DNA of 64,000 nucleotides. Source: Burkholderiales bacterium (GTDB lineage: Bacteria; Pseudomonadota; Gammaproteobacteria; Burkholderiales; SG8-39). Both the position numbers and the translations under genes were made by a program. The notes beneath the pieces are model-generated. The model worked only from the letters and a program-made list of their open reading frames with translations, ran no database searches and had not been told where the DNA came from. Shown in pieces: positions 26,954 to 37,913 of this stretch (position 1 is the first letter of the stretch; the number at the start of each line of letters is the position of its first letter). The stretch is taken from the NCBI GenBank assembly GCA_035689325.1, contig DASSLQ010000151.1:586-64585 (forward strand), in the 5' to 3' direction.

Positions 26954-26980
26954 CTGGGTCCCCGCTTTCGCGGGGACGAC
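26954..26980 (-). repeat. REP-type palindromic element, copy 3
   Basis: CTGGGTCCCCGCTTTCGCGGGGACGAC lies between the convergent M23 peptidase and erpA genes. It belongs to the same family as 20792 and 20830. Confidence 0.8.
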
Positions 26981-26992
26981 TTCAGAGCTCGC

Positions 26993-27343
26993 TTAGACGG
27001 AGAACGAGGAGCCGCAACCGCAGGTGCTCTGCGCGTTGGGGTTCTTGATGACGAACTGCGCGCCTTCCAGGCCTTCCTGGTAGTCGATCTCGGCGCCCAC
27101 CAGATACTGGTAGCTCATCGGGTCGATGAGCAGCATGACGCCGTTCTTTTCCATCACGGCGTCGTCTTCGTTCTTCACCTCGTCGAAGGTGAAGCCGTAC
27201 TGGAAGCCCGAGCAGCCCCCGCCGGTGACGAAGACGCGCAGCTTGAGCTCCGGATTGCCCTCTTCCTCGATCAGCTGCTTCACTTTGTTCGCCGCGCTGT
27301 CGCTGAACGCGAGGGGCGCGGGCATGTCGGTCACTGCACTCAT
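26993..27343 (-). CDS. erpA: iron-sulfur cluster insertion protein
   Basis: [20 protein letters not shown]...CGCGSSFSV, the A-type carrier signature. Confidence 0.93.
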   Translation of the reverse strand: MSAVTDMPAPLAFSDSAANKVKQLIEEEGNPELKLRVFVTGGGCSGFQYGFTFDEVKNEDDAVMEKNGVMLLIDPMSYQYLVGAEIDYQEGLEGAQFVIKNPNAQSTCGCGSSFSV

Positions 27344-27355
27344 CTACCGCTCCTA

Positions 27356-27769
27356 TTATGAGTTCGAGGCGAGCTTGAGCTCCACGCCCTTGATCTCGGC
27401 CGCGTGATGCACCAGGCGGCCTTCAACCACGGCGCCTTGATGGATTTCGATGCTCTTGTAGTACACATCGCCTTTGACCCGCGAGCCCGCCTGGAGTTCG
27501 AGCGTCTCCGTGGCATGAACCGGGCCATTGATCGTGCCGTCGACGACGATGTGCGCCGCCTGCACCTCGCCGTCGATGCGTGCGTCCACCGACACCATCA
27601 GCGTGCCGGGCTGGTCAGCGAGCGCCGATACGTTGCCGCGGACCATGCCGTCGACCCGCAGGCCTCCGCTGAACACCACGTTCCCTTCGATGCGCGTCGT
27701 CGCGCCAATCAGACTGTCGATGCGGTTCTGCGGCTTGCTCGTCTTGTTGAACATTCTTGTCTCCGTCAT
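27356..27769 (-). CDS. bactofilin (polymer-forming cytoskeletal protein)
   Basis: Repetitive beta-helix pattern IGATTRIEGNVVFSGGLRVDGMVRGNV...IDGEVQAAHIVVDGTINGPV...VKGDVYYKSIEIHQGAVVEG. Confidence 0.85.
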   Translation of the reverse strand: MTETRMFNKTSKPQNRIDSLIGATTRIEGNVVFSGGLRVDGMVRGNVSALADQPGTLMVSVDARIDGEVQAAHIVVDGTINGPVHATETLELQAGSRVKGDVYYKSIEIHQGAVVEGRLVHHAAEIKGVELKLASNS

Positions 27770-28533
27770 AGCGTCACCGTATGCGTTGCTTTCGGCTGAT
27801 TGGCACCGGCTTCGTATATCCGTACCTGGACATTCTCTACCTTCGCCTTGGGATTGACCCGGAAAGTGCCTTCCACGCGGCGGAAGTACTTGAACGTCAG
27901 CCGGAACGCGGCGGACGCCCCTGCGTCCGCTGGCTCTGGAAAGCTCATCATAGCATTCTGCCCCCCCTCCGTCAGAGTAACTACTAGCTCCATGCGCCCT
28001 TTGAATTCACGTTCTCTCAAGGCACGCGGGGTTACGAGCAGCAGGTGGTAGCGGTACTCGCCGGGCAGCACGTCCGGCTCGACCTTGAAGCGGTAAATAG
28101 TGAGACCTGTGCCACTGCGCGCCTCCGAGGACAGCATGCTCTCGAACGTGGCAAGGTCCTCACGCAGCCGCGCGTTGTCCTGCTCAAGGGCGCGGATCTG
28201 CTGCGCGAGCTTCTGCTGGGCGGAGCGCTCGATGGAGAAGCGGCTGTCGGCGGCGTTGGTGATCGCACGCAAGCGCTCGAGCTCCGCTTGCGCCGCGGCA
28301 AGATCACGCTTCGTCACGCTGAGCTGGCTCTGCACCTCGCCCTGGTCGAAACCCGCATATCGGCGTCCGAAGTCGTAGGTCCACGCGGCGACCGCGGCCG
28401 CGATGCCGACGGCCAAGGCGATGACGAGCCAGCGCAGGTACCAGGGCATCTGCGACTGCACCTGCACTCGCGGCGCGGCGATGCCGTAGCGCTGGCGAAG
28501 CTTGTAGTAGCGGCCGGAGATATCCCGCATCAT
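27766..28533 (-). CDS. membrane-anchored coiled-coil protein of unknown function (bactofilin partner)
   Basis: It has one TM segment ([21 protein letters not shown]), a heptad-rich segment ([14 protein letters not shown]...[21 protein letters not shown]) and a beta-rich C-domain. ATGA overlaps with argC upstream and bactofilin downstream. Confidence 0.65.
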   Translation of the reverse strand: MMRDISGRYYKLRQRYGIAAPRVQVQSQMPWYLRWLVIALAVGIAAAVAAWTYDFGRRYAGFDQGEVQSQLSVTKRDLAAAQAELERLRAITNAADSRFSIERSAQQKLAQQIRALEQDNARLREDLATFESMLSSEARSGTGLTIYRFKVEPDVLPGEYRYHLLLVTPRALREREFKGRMELVVTLTEGGQNAMMSFPEPADAGASAAFRLTFKYFRRVEGTFRVNPKAKVENVQVRIYEAGANQPKATHTVTL

Positions 28534-29576
28534 GGGACGAGCGGCGGCTGCACGAGGCCGGTGGTCTCGGGCAAGCCGAACATCAGGTTCATGTTCTGCA
28601 CGGCCTGGCCGGCCGCGCCCTTCGTTAGATTGTCGATGACCGAGAGCACCACCAGCATGTCGCCCTTGCCGCTCGCCTGCGGGGGGCGATGCAGCGCGAT
28701 GCGGCAGACATTCGTGGCGCGCACCGAGCGCGTGTCCGGATGGCTGCCGGCGGGCATCACGTCGACGAACGGCTCGCGCGCATAGCGCTCGCCGTACAAC
28801 GACTGGAAATCGGCTTCGCGCGTCACCCGTGCATAAAGCGTGGCATGGATGCCCCGGATGATAGGCGTGAGGTGGGGTACGAACACGAGTCCTACTTCAC
28901 GTTTTGCCGCCTGCGCCAGTCCCTGCCGGATCTCCGGCCAATGGCGGTGGCCGGGCACGTTGTAGGCCACGAAATTGTCCGCCGCCTCCGAGTAGCTTAA
29001 GTGCAACTCGGCCTTGCGCCCGGCGCCGCTCACGCCCGATTTCGCGTCGGCGATCAGGTGATCGAGGTCGACTGTGCCGCTTTCCACGAGCGGCAGGAAG
29101 CCAAGCTGCACAGCCGTCGGATAGCAACCGGGGTTGGCCACGAGGCGCGCGCCGCGGATGCGCTCGCGGTTCACTTCGCACAGGCCGTAGACCGCCTCGC
29201 GCACAAGCTCCGGCGCGCCGTGCTTCATCTTGTACCAGCGCTCCCATTCGGCGACATCGCGGATGCGAAAGTCGGCCGACAGGTCGACGACGCGCGCGCC
29301 GCGCTCGATCAGCGCGCGCGCCTCGTTCATTGCCACGCCGTTGGGCGTGGCGAAAAAGACCACGTCGCAGCCGCCGAGCGCCTTGGCGTCCGGCTCGGTG
29401 AAGGCGAGATCGAGATGGCGCCGCAGCCCGGGGAACATGACGCTCACCGGCGTGCCCGCTTCCTTGCGCGAAGTGATGGCGCGCAGCTCGACCCCGGAGT
29501 GCTGCACGAGCAGGCGCAGCAACTCGACGCCCGTATAGCCCGTGCCGCCAACAATGCCTGCCTTGATCATTTGCAT
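28530..29576 (-). CDS. argC: N-acetyl-gamma-glutamyl-phosphate reductase
   Basis: [20 protein letters not shown]...[11 protein letters not shown] (active-site Cys). Confidence 0.93.
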   Translation of the reverse strand: MQMIKAGIVGGTGYTGVELLRLLVQHSGVELRAITSRKEAGTPVSVMFPGLRRHLDLAFTEPDAKALGGCDVVFFATPNGVAMNEARALIERGARVVDLSADFRIRDVAEWERWYKMKHGAPELVREAVYGLCEVNRERIRGARLVANPGCYPTAVQLGFLPLVESGTVDLDHLIADAKSGVSGAGRKAELHLSYSEAADNFVAYNVPGHRHWPEIRQGLAQAAKREVGLVFVPHLTPIIRGIHATLYARVTREADFQSLYGERYAREPFVDVMPAGSHPDTRSVRATNVCRIALHRPPQASGKGDMLVVLSVIDNLTKGAAGQAVQNMNLMFGLPETTGLVQPPLVP

Positions 29577-29581
29577 GTCCC

Positions 29582-29612
29582 AAAAACAGGAAAGCCGCCC
29601 GAAGGCGGCTTT
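29582..29612 (-). terminator. rho-independent terminator after rpsI
   Basis: On the minus strand, AAAGCCGCC-ttcg-GGCGGCTTT is followed by CCTGTTTTT. Confidence 0.8.
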
Positions 29613-29634
29613 CGATTTACGGTGCTTCCCGCGA

Positions 29635-30027
29635 TCAACGTTTCGAGTACTGCTTGCGCCGCCTCGCCTTGTGCAGTCCCACTTTCTTTCGCTCCACTTC
29701 TCGCGCGTCGCGGGTCACGAGTCCCGCCGCGCTGAGCGCGCCTTTAAGCCCGGCATCATACTCGATCAACGCGCGCGCAATCCCGTGGCGCACGGCGCCC
29801 GCCTGCCCGCTCTCGCCACCGCCATACACGTTGACGAGGATGTCGAAGCCGGCGAGGTTCTTCGTCACCTCGAGCGGCTGGCGCACGACCATGCGGCCGG
29901 TCTCGCGCGCGAAGAACTGATCCACCGGCTTGCCGTTCACCACGAACTCGCCCTTGCCGGGCTTGAGGAACACGCGGGCCACTGCGCTCTTGCGCCGCCC
30001 GGTGCCGTAGTAGTAATCGCCGACCAT
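29635..30027 (-). CDS. rpsI: 30S ribosomal protein S9
   Basis: [19 protein letters not shown]...C-terminal [14 protein letters not shown]. Confidence 0.96.
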   Translation of the reverse strand: MVGDYYYGTGRRKSAVARVFLKPGKGEFVVNGKPVDQFFARETGRMVVRQPLEVTKNLAGFDILVNVYGGGESGQAGAVRHGIARALIEYDAGLKGALSAAGLVTRDAREVERKKVGLHKARRRKQYSKR

Positions 30028-30455
30028 CAGATCTCCAGATTCTTGGGCTGCTGTGCCGTGTGCGGATGCGTGCCGCCGGCGTACACCTTGAGCTTCCTCA
30101 GCATCGCGTAGCCGAGCGGTCCCTTCGGCAACATGCCCTTCACCGCCTTCTGCAGCACGCGCTCGGGATGCGCTGCGTGCAGCTTGCCGAAGCTCGTTTC
30201 CTTCAGGCCGCCCGGGTACCCGCTATGGCGGTGGTACACCTTGCGCTCGTTCTTGCGGCCGGTGACGCGAAGCTTCGCCGCGTTCACCACCACGATGTAA
30301 TCGCCGGTGTCGACGTGCGGCGTGTATTGCGGCTTGTGTTTGCCGCGCAGGCGCGCGGCGATCTGCACGGCGAGCCGGCCAAGCACCTTCCCCTGGGCGT
30401 CGACCACGAACCAGCCCTGCTCGACTTCGCCCGTCTTGGCGGTATAGGTTTTCAT
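30027..30455 (-). CDS. rplM: 50S ribosomal protein L13
   Basis: [52 protein letters not shown]. Confidence 0.96.
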   Translation of the reverse strand: MKTYTAKTGEVEQGWFVVDAQGKVLGRLAVQIAARLRGKHKPQYTPHVDTGDYIVVVNAAKLRVTGRKNERKVYHRHSGYPGGLKETSFGKLHAAHPERVLQKAVKGMLPKGPLGYAMLRKLKVYAGGTHPHTAQQPKNLEI

Positions 30456-30533
30456 GCGCAGAATTGCGAAAAGCCGCGGATTCTACACAAAAATCCCGCT
30501 GCTGCGAAGCAATACCGACTATCGAGGACGCCA

Positions 30534-30953
30534 ATGGACTGCACGGTACGCTGGACCGGCGAAGGAATGAGCTTCGTCGCCGAGACGGGAAGCAACCACC
30601 TGGTGGCGATGGATGGCGCGCCGGACGGCGGCGGACGCAACCTCGCGCCGCGCCCGATGGAAATGGTGCTCGTCGGCACCGGCGGCTGCACCGCCTACGA
30701 CGTGGTGGTGATTCTCAAGAAAAGCGGCCAGGACGTGCGCGGCTGCGAGGTGAAGGTCACGTCCGAGCGCGCGCCGACCGATCCCAAGGTGTTCACCAAG
30801 ATCCACATGCATTTCACATTGCGCGGACGCGCGCTCAAGCGCAACCTCGTCGAGCAAGCGATTCGCCTTTCCCACGAAAAGTATTGCTCGGCGTCAATCA
30901 TGCTTGGGAAAACGGCCCTGATCACCAAGGACTTCGAGATAATTGAAGACTAG
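30534..30953 (+). CDS. OsmC-family peroxiredoxin-like protein
   Basis: The two conserved Cys contexts (GTGGCTAYD and HEKYCSAS). The start is internal to track ORF 30060..30953. Confidence 0.85.
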   Translation: MDCTVRWTGEGMSFVAETGSNHLVAMDGAPDGGGRNLAPRPMEMVLVGTGGCTAYDVVVILKKSGQDVRGCEVKVTSERAPTDPKVFTKIHMHFTLRGRALKRNLVEQAIRLSHEKYCSASIMLGKTALITKDFEIIED

Positions 30954-30994
30954 GCAAAGCTGGTACGCTTTGGCCTCACCTGGAGGGGGAATCC

Positions 30995-32266
30995 ATGTTG
31001 AAAAAGAAAGCTTGTGCGTGCGCTGTCGCGTCCGCATTCCTGATGTTCGCCGCTGTCCGTGACGCTGGCGCGTCCGCCTTCGCGCTCTATGAGCAGGGCA
31101 TCAGCGGTCTCGGCAATGCGTATGCCGGCGCCGCCGCGGTTTCGGAGGACGCAACGACGGTCTGGTGGAATCCTGCCGGCATGTCCTGGCTGTCGCCCGG
31201 CATACACGTCACCGGCGCTGCGGCATTCATCGACCCGTCTTACAAGTTTTCCAATAGCGCGAGCGTTCCGCCTCCGGGGCGGCCGTTGGGCGACAACGGC
31301 GGCGACGCCGGTCACTCGGTCGTCCTGCCGAGCATCTTCTACGCCATGGATATCGGTCCCAAGTGGAACGTCGGCTTCGTCATCAACGCGCCGTTCGGAC
31401 TGAAGACCGAGTACGACTCGACCTGGATTGGCCGCTTCCAGGGCATCAAGGCCGAAGTGAAGACGGTGAATTTCAATCCGTCCGTCTCGTATCGCATCAA
31501 CGATGCCTTGAGCGTCGCCGGCGGCGTGAGCTATTGGCGCGGAGAGATCGACCTGGTTTCCGCGGTCAGTCTCGGCGTGGCGGAAGCGCAGAACCACACC
31601 AACGTCGATGGCGACGCCTGGGGTTTCAATCTGGGACTGCTAGCCAAGGTTGGCCCGCAGACCCGGCTCGGCGTTAGCTATCGCTCGTCTGTTGACTTCA
31701 AGCTCGACGGCGATACCTCGTTCAGCGCGCCCGCGCCCTCGGCTCTGAACAGCGACGTGAAGCTCGATGTGAAAACGCCGGACAGCCTGGCATTCAGCGC
31801 GGCGCATCGCTTGAATGACCAGCTCGAGCTGCTTGGCGACGTGACGTGGTGGCACTGGAGCACGATCAACCAGCTACCCCTCATCAGAACCAGCGGCCCG
31901 GCCTCGGGCGCGACGCTCGACACGCTGGTCCTCGACTTCAAGGACACGTGGCGCTTCTCCGCGGGCGTGAACTACAAGATGAGCGGCCCGCTGACGCTCA
32001 AGTTCGGCGTTGCCTACGATCAGACCCCGGTGCGCAACGCGCAAGAGCGTACCGTGCGCCTGCCTGACGCCGATCGCTACTGGCTATCCGCAGGCCTCAA
32101 ATACACCGTTTCGAAAAACGGCGTGCTCGATGTCGGCTATTCGTACGTGAACTTCAAGGACGCCGATATCAACAACAACCAGGCAGCCCTCAACCGCGGC
32201 ATCGTGAACGGCAGCTACAAAGCTTCGGTGCAGGTCATCGGCATCCAGTACCAGCACACCTTCTAG
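30995..32266 (+). CDS. fadL: outer-membrane long-chain fatty acid / hydrophobic compound transporter (FadL/TodX family)
   Basis: Signal peptide, then AFALYEQGISGLGNAYAGAAA, and a C-terminal beta-barrel ending ...IGIQYQHTF. GGAGGGGG SD. Confidence 0.88.
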   Translation: MLKKKACACAVASAFLMFAAVRDAGASAFALYEQGISGLGNAYAGAAAVSEDATTVWWNPAGMSWLSPGIHVTGAAAFIDPSYKFSNSASVPPPGRPLGDNGGDAGHSVVLPSIFYAMDIGPKWNVGFVINAPFGLKTEYDSTWIGRFQGIKAEVKTVNFNPSVSYRINDALSVAGGVSYWRGEIDLVSAVSLGVAEAQNHTNVDGDAWGFNLGLLAKVGPQTRLGVSYRSSVDFKLDGDTSFSAPAPSALNSDVKLDVKTPDSLAFSAAHRLNDQLELLGDVTWWHWSTINQLPLIRTSGPASGATLDTLVLDFKDTWRFSAGVNYKMSGPLTLKFGVAYDQTPVRNAQERTVRLPDADRYWLSAGLKYTVSKNGVLDVGYSYVNFKDADINNNQAALNRGIVNGSYKASVQVIGIQYQHTF

Positions 32267-33231
32267 CCGCCCCCGCTCGCCGCGGCGAGCGGAATGCGGA
32301 TCCACTGCGAGAAGAGCCACTTCTCGCCGCGGCTAGGCGCTGTCCCGATGTGACGCGTGCGCCAGTCGGGCGCGCCCTCCGGCGTGAGGTTCCAGAAGAC
32401 GAGCGCGTCGCCCTTGCGCCCCTTGAAGCTGCGCCCGAGTTCCGGGAACGCGGTGTCGCCGCCCTCGTAATCGTCGTTGAGGTAAATCAGCACTGTGAGC
32501 GCACGCTGCCCGTGCACGGCGATGTCGCGCGCATGGCCCGGGGTGCCCGGGTCGAGAAAATCGCAATGCTCCGCGAATTGCTCGCCGACACGGTAATGCA
32601 GGATCTGGCTGGTCTCGAGCCCCGCGACCGAGACGTTGGCGAGCGCGGCGATGCGCGCGCGCACAAAAGCGGTCAAGGTGTCAATGCGCTCGACGTCGAG
32701 TTGCGCCGCGCTGTTATTGCGATTGCTATCGCTGCGCAAATCGCCCGTCTCGGCATCGTAGACCTGCGCGGCCTTCAGGTTGGTACGGCCAAGCGCAATC
32801 AGCCACTCGCACGCCGGCGCAGACAGGTAGCCCTTCACCGTCGCGATACGCGGCTCTTCGGAAAAAACGCGCCCGTCGGGTATGCGCAGCCATCCGGCCA
32901 CGTCAACCGCCGCGCGCAGCTGGCCCCATGTTTCCGGGCGGCTGGCCTTGCCGGCCGAGACGTCGCGCGCGAGCCGCCAGTTGCCGACCAGCGCGGCGAG
33001 CTCGGTTTGGGCAGGGCGATGCCCGCCTTCGGCGGCGCGCTGCAGGTGGCCGAGCGCTCCCTTCAAGTCCTGGCCTACGCCGTAGCCTGCCGCGGTGAAT
33101 ACGGCCAGGAGATAGGACGCGTCTGCGCTTCCCGCCTTAGCGTGCTCCGCGAGCTGCGCCACGGTGTCGCGCAGGTCCGCGCCCGCGGCGGCGGCTTGCT
33201 TGCGCCACGCGGCCAGTTCTTGCACGGCCAC
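32263..33231 (-). CDS. Sel1-repeat / 2OG-Fe(II) oxygenase (prolyl 4-hydroxylase-like) fusion protein
   Basis: N-terminal Sel1-like repeats (GSADASYLLAVFTAAGYGVGQDLKGALGHLQRAAEGGH). The C-terminal P4H-type domain has HCDFLD (HxD) and a distal His/Arg (TRHIG). Confidence 0.72.
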   Translation of the reverse strand: MAVQELAAWRKQAAAAGADLRDTVAQLAEHAKAGSADASYLLAVFTAAGYGVGQDLKGALGHLQRAAEGGHRPAQTELAALVGNWRLARDVSAGKASRPETWGQLRAAVDVAGWLRIPDGRVFSEEPRIATVKGYLSAPACEWLIALGRTNLKAAQVYDAETGDLRSDSNRNNSAAQLDVERIDTLTAFVRARIAALANVSVAGLETSQILHYRVGEQFAEHCDFLDPGTPGHARDIAVHGQRALTVLIYLNDDYEGGDTAFPELGRSFKGRKGDALVFWNLTPEGAPDWRTRHIGTAPSRGEKWLFSQWIRIPLAAASGGG

Positions 33232-33232
33232 G

Positions 33233-33850
33233 CTAGACGCGATAGGCGAGCGTCGTCATCACTTTCGACGCGAGCCGCATCGCGAGCTTCAGCGGCTCCG
33301 GCATCTCCGGTGCCCCCAACGAGCGCGCGGTGCCGCCGTGCTTTGCCTCGTCCGCGCGCATCGCAGCCACAACGGCACGCGTGCGCTCATCCGAGCTCGG
33401 CAGCGCCTCGAGATGACCGGTCAGATGCTCTTCCACCTGGCGCTCCGTCTCGGCGAGGAAGGCAAGGCTCCAGCGATCGCCCAGGGCACCGGCGAACGCG
33501 CCGATCGCGAACGAGCCCGCATACCACAAAGGATTGAGCAGGCTCGGCCGGCCGCCGAGCTCGCGGATGCGCTCGATGCTCCAGGCGAGATGGTCCTCTT
33601 CCTCGCGGGCCGCCTGCTCGAGCGCCGCCTTGACGCGCTCATTTCGCGCAGTGAGCGCCTGCCCCTGATAGAGCGCTTGCGCGCAGATTTCACCGACGTG
33701 GTTCACCCGCATCAGCGCCGCGGCATGGGCCCGGGCGGCTGAGTCGAGCTCGCTTTCGGGCTTTTCGTCCGCCGGTGACGGTCGCGCGGCGTCTGCCACG
33801 CCAGCTACCGCGCGCAGCGCGCGGTCGAACTCGGCGATCAGCTTATCCAT
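33233..33850 (-). CDS. coq7: 2-nonaprenyl-3-methyl-6-methoxy-1,4-benzoquinol hydroxylase (di-iron Coq7)
   Basis: [18 protein letters not shown]...EEEDHLAW...[10 protein letters not shown], the duplicated ExxH di-iron motifs. Confidence 0.9.
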   Translation of the reverse strand: MDKLIAEFDRALRAVAGVADAARPSPADEKPESELDSAARAHAAALMRVNHVGEICAQALYQGQALTARNERVKAALEQAAREEEDHLAWSIERIRELGGRPSLLNPLWYAGSFAIGAFAGALGDRWSLAFLAETERQVEEHLTGHLEALPSSDERTRAVVAAMRADEAKHGGTARSLGAPEMPEPLKLAMRLASKVMTTLAYRV

Positions 33851-33865
33851 GCCGCCGAGCCTAGC

Positions 33866-33893
33866 AAAAAAACGGGCGCCCGAAGGCGCCCGT
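33866..33893 (-). terminator. rho-independent terminator after the porin gene
   Basis: On the minus strand, ACGGGCGCC-ttcg-GGCGCCCGT is followed by TTTTTTT. Confidence 0.85.
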
Positions 33894-33917
33894 TGGGTTG
33901 CTGCGCTTGCAGGTCTC

Positions 33918-35333
33918 TTAGAAGCGGTGCGTCATGCCCACGAAGAACCAGTTCACGTCCGAACCGAATACCGGCGTATTGCTGGTATCGAGCTGGTTGG
34001 GCGCCATGCCCGTCCAGGTGAACTGCGCGTTCCTGTTGTTGTCGATCTTCGCGTACTCCACGCCGAGGCTCGTGCGCTTGGAGAAGCGGTGCTCGTAGCC
34101 CACACCGTACTCCTTGGCGCCGGTCTGGCTAACGCCGATCGCGCCGGTCATGTCGTCCGCCTTGGCGTAGAAGGCCTTGATGGCGCCCAAGCCGACCGGA
34201 ACGGAAGCGGCGACCGACCACTGCTTGGCATCGATGTCGCCTTCCCCGTTGCACAACGCAGGCAGGTTAGCCAGGTTGGCCACGCCCGCTGCGAGGTTGC
34301 CGGTTGTCGCCGCGGTGTACGGGAAGAACTTGCACTTGTACTTGTTCTTCTCGTAGGCCGCCCCAACGTCGACCACGCCGAAGTTAAACCCACCCTTGAT
34401 CGCGTAGCCGGTGTCGGAGTCACCAATCGAAGTGAAGTCATGGTGCCGGTCATAGGCGGCGCCGATGCGCGCACGGCCACCCATTCCCGTCCACTTGATC
34501 GACGTCGAGTACGAGTACGGCTCCGCCGTCACGGTCTGCGCACCAGCCGCTGCCGGTGCTCCAGCCGCCGTCGTAGTGACTGCCTGAGTCTTGTGCTCAG
34601 GCACCTGGTACATCAGGTCGAGCGTGACTCCACCGAACGTCGGCGAGGTGTAGCGGATCATGTCCGCGGCCCGGCGCCAGAACGGGTGTCCCACGCCGCC
34701 TGTGTTGAGCACTGAATCGCACTCGTTCGTTCCAGCGGCAGGTACCGCGAAGCCACCCGGCGGAATGATGTTCGTCGAGCACGCCTTGTTGAGGTTCGCC
34801 GCCGGGTTGGGAGCGGTGCCGGTCGTCTCGCGACGGCCGATGATCGACGTCACCGGACCGAACACGCTCACTTGTCCAACTGCCCACAGCGAATCAAGGT
34901 CCGCCCACGGTGTGGTCCACTGACCGACGAAGACGTTGCCGAAGTTACCCTGCATACCCGCCGCGGAGTTGCGCGAGGCGAGTGTTACCGCCTGCGTATC
35001 TTCGCGCTCGAGCGGGGCGTTCTGCTCGATCTGGAACCAGGCGGTCAAGCCCGCTCCAATGCTCTCTCTGCCCCGGACGCCGAAGTTGGACGCCGGCGCC
35101 TGCACGTCGGCTTTCGACACGGACGGCACGGCAAGATTTCCTGCTCCCGTGTTGGGCGCCCAAACCCCGGATGCCGCGCTTACATCGCGCTGAGTGAAGC
35201 CTTCGCTGTATTTCACCCATCCGAACGTCGGGTAAATCGTTCCATACACTTCGACGCTCGCTGCTTGCGCGAGCGCCAGGCCGGGCGCGGCCAACGCACC
35301 GGCTACTGCCACAGTTAGAAGTTTCTTCTGCAT
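33918..35333 (-). CDS. general outer-membrane porin (Burkholderiales OmpC/Omp32-like), unusually long (471 aa)
   Basis: Signal peptide [22 protein letters not shown], then [10 protein letters not shown]... and a C-terminal [20 protein letters not shown] content is lower than in neighbouring genes, as is usual for abundant OMPs. Confidence 0.85.
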   Translation of the reverse strand: MQKKLLTVAVAGALAAPGLALAQAASVEVYGTIYPTFGWVKYSEGFTQRDVSAASGVWAPNTGAGNLAVPSVSKADVQAPASNFGVRGRESIGAGLTAWFQIEQNAPLEREDTQAVTLASRNSAAGMQGNFGNVFVGQWTTPWADLDSLWAVGQVSVFGPVTSIIGRRETTGTAPNPAANLNKACSTNIIPPGGFAVPAAGTNECDSVLNTGGVGHPFWRRAADMIRYTSPTFGGVTLDLMYQVPEHKTQAVTTTAAGAPAAAGAQTVTAEPYSYSTSIKWTGMGGRARIGAAYDRHHDFTSIGDSDTGYAIKGGFNFGVVDVGAAYEKNKYKCKFFPYTAATTGNLAAGVANLANLPALCNGEGDIDAKQWSVAASVPVGLGAIKAFYAKADDMTGAIGVSQTGAKEYGVGYEHRFSKRTSLGVEYAKIDNNRNAQFTWTGMAPNQLDTSNTPVFGSDVNWFFVGMTHRF

Positions 35334-35522
35334 GCAATGCTCCTCTCTGGTTTAAACCAGGCGAGCGCGCCGTTTGGCCCCCCCGCCGACCCCTCAGTCG
35401 AGAAGTCCAAGGCAGTGTGCCGAATTCCGTATAGCGGGACCAAGAAACCGGGTGAATCAGGCGGCCGCCTCAGAGAGGGCGTTGCAAATTGCCAACAACT
35501 GATGCTGCGCTGCAGCAGCGCG

Positions 35523-36293
35523 CTAACGCTCGAATAACCCCCGCAATGCAGCGCCGGGATCGGGAGCGCGCATGAAAGCTTCGCCGACGAGAAAAGCACG
35601 GATCCCGGCGCTGCGCATCCGAGAAACGTCATCGCCGCTCAGGATGCCGCTCTCGGTAATCACCATCCGATTGCGCGGAACGCGCGGCAGCAAGTCGAGC
35701 GTCGTTTCCAGCCGCGTCTCAAACGACTTGAGGTTGCGATTGTTGATGCCGATGAGCGGCGTCGTGAGCGTCAGCGCAACTTCGAGCTCGTGGGCGTCAT
35801 GAACTTCCACCAGCACCGCCATGCGGAGCTCCTGCGCGAGGCGCTCGAGCTCGCGCATCTCACCTTTGGACAGGCAGGCCGCGATCAGCAGGATGCAATC
35901 CGCGCCCATGGCGCGCGATTCCCAGACCTGGTAGGGCTCGATGACGAAGTCCTTGCGCAGCACGGGAAGGGAACAGGCGGCTTTCGCAGCGGCGAGATGC
36001 GCCGCGCTGCCCTGAAAGAACTGCGCGTCAGTGAGCACCGAGATGCAGGCAGCGCCCGCGCGCTCATAGCTCGTCGCGATTGCAGCGGGATCGAAGTCTT
36101 CGCGCAACACACCGCGCGATGGGCTCGCTTTCTTGATTTCGGCGATCACCGCCGGCTCCCGGGCGCGCAGCGCAGCGACAAAATCGCGTGGCGCCGCCGC
36201 GGCTTTCGCTTGGCGCTCGATGTCCGGATTGCGCGGCTTGGCCGCCGCGATCTCGGCGCGCTTCACCTCCAGGATGCGCTCGAGGACGGTCAC
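35523..36293 (-). CDS. trpC: indole-3-glycerol phosphate synthase
   Basis: [13 protein letters not shown]...[13 protein letters not shown]...[11 protein letters not shown]... Confidence 0.93.
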   Translation of the reverse strand: MTVLERILEVKRAEIAAAKPRNPDIERQAKAAAAPRDFVAALRAREPAVIAEIKKASPSRGVLREDFDPAAIATSYERAGAACISVLTDAQFFQGSAAHLAAAKAACSLPVLRKDFVIEPYQVWESRAMGADCILLIAACLSKGEMRELERLAQELRMAVLVEVHDAHELEVALTLTTPLIGINNRNLKSFETRLETTLDLLPRVPRNRMVITESGILSGDDVSRMRSAGIRAFLVGEAFMRAPDPGAALRGLFER

Positions 36294-37326
36294 TTCTTCA
36301 CGTGTTTGGTGAACGCGATGAACTCCTCCATCTTGTGCTTGGCGGCGCCGCTCTTGATCACCTGGCTTGCGCGCTCGACGCCCGCCTTCAGCGTTTTCGC
36401 AAGGCCGGCGACGTAGATCGCGCCACCGGCGTTCATGGCGACGATGTTGTGCGCCGGGCCGGGCTGGTTGTCGAGCACCGCCTCGATCATTGCCTTCGAC
36501 TCCTCGACGGTGTTCACCTGGATGGCGCGCCGGTCGTAAAGCTCGAGGCCGAAGTGCGAGGGGTGGACGTTGTACTCGTTGATCTCGCCCTTGACGAGCT
36601 CACCGACCATGGTTTCGCCCGAGGTCGAAATCTCGTCCAGTCCGTCGATGCCGTAGACCACCATGACGTGTCGCGAGCCAAGGCGCTGCAGCACGCGCAC
36701 CTGGATGCCGACCAGATCCGGATGGAACACGCCCAGCACCTGGTTCTTGGCGCCGGCCGGGTTGGTAAGCGGCCCGAGGATGTTGAAGAGGGTGCGAACG
36801 CCCAGGTCCTTGCGCACCGGCGCGGCGTATTTCATCGCCGCATGATGCGCCGGCGCGAACATGAAACCGAGCCCGATCTTCTCCAGCGCCTGGCCCGTTT
36901 CCGCCGGCGACAGGTTGATCTGTGCGCCCAGCGCTTCCAGCACTTCGGCGCTGCCCGAGGACGAGGACACCGAGCGTCCCATGTGCTTCGCCACCTTGGC
37001 GCCCGCGGCAGCGGCGACGAACGCGGCGCAAGTGGACACGTTGAAGGTATGCGCGGCGTCTCCTCCCGTGCCGCAGGTGTCGACGAGATGGCGATCGTCG
37101 GTCACCTCCACCGGCGTGGCGAGCTCGCGCATCACCTGCGCCGCAGCCGCGATCTCGCCGATGGTTTCCTTCTTTACCCGCAGGCCGATGATGAAGCCCG
37201 CGATCTGCGCGGGGCTCAGCTCGCCCCGCATGATTTGCCGCATCACGTGCAGCATCTCGTCGTGGAACACCTCGCGGTGCTCGACCGTGCGCTGGATCGC
37301 CTCGGCGATCGTGATCTGCTTCATGC

Positions 37327-37330
<4 letters not shown>
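36290..37330 (-). CDS. trpD: anthranilate phosphoribosyltransferase
   Basis: [18 protein letters not shown]...[16 protein letters not shown]. Confidence 0.94.
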
Positions 37331-37905
<575 letters not shown>

Positions 37906-37913
37906 GAGCGCAC

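Noticed and set aside
33918-35333. Lower GC content of the porin gene (and of fadL at 30995..32266), considered as a sign of horizontal transfer.
   Set aside because: There are no flanking mobility genes, direct repeats or tRNA junctions. Abundant outer-membrane beta-barrel genes typically have atypical composition (Gly, Asn, Tyr, Lys and Thr codons). The surrounding synteny is conserved housekeeping.
35501-35520. A short palindrome (TGCTGC-gct-GCAGCA) just after trpC, considered as a terminator.
   Set aside because: The stem is only 6 bp, several alternative pairings exist and there is no convincing U-tract. Evidence is too weak to annotate.
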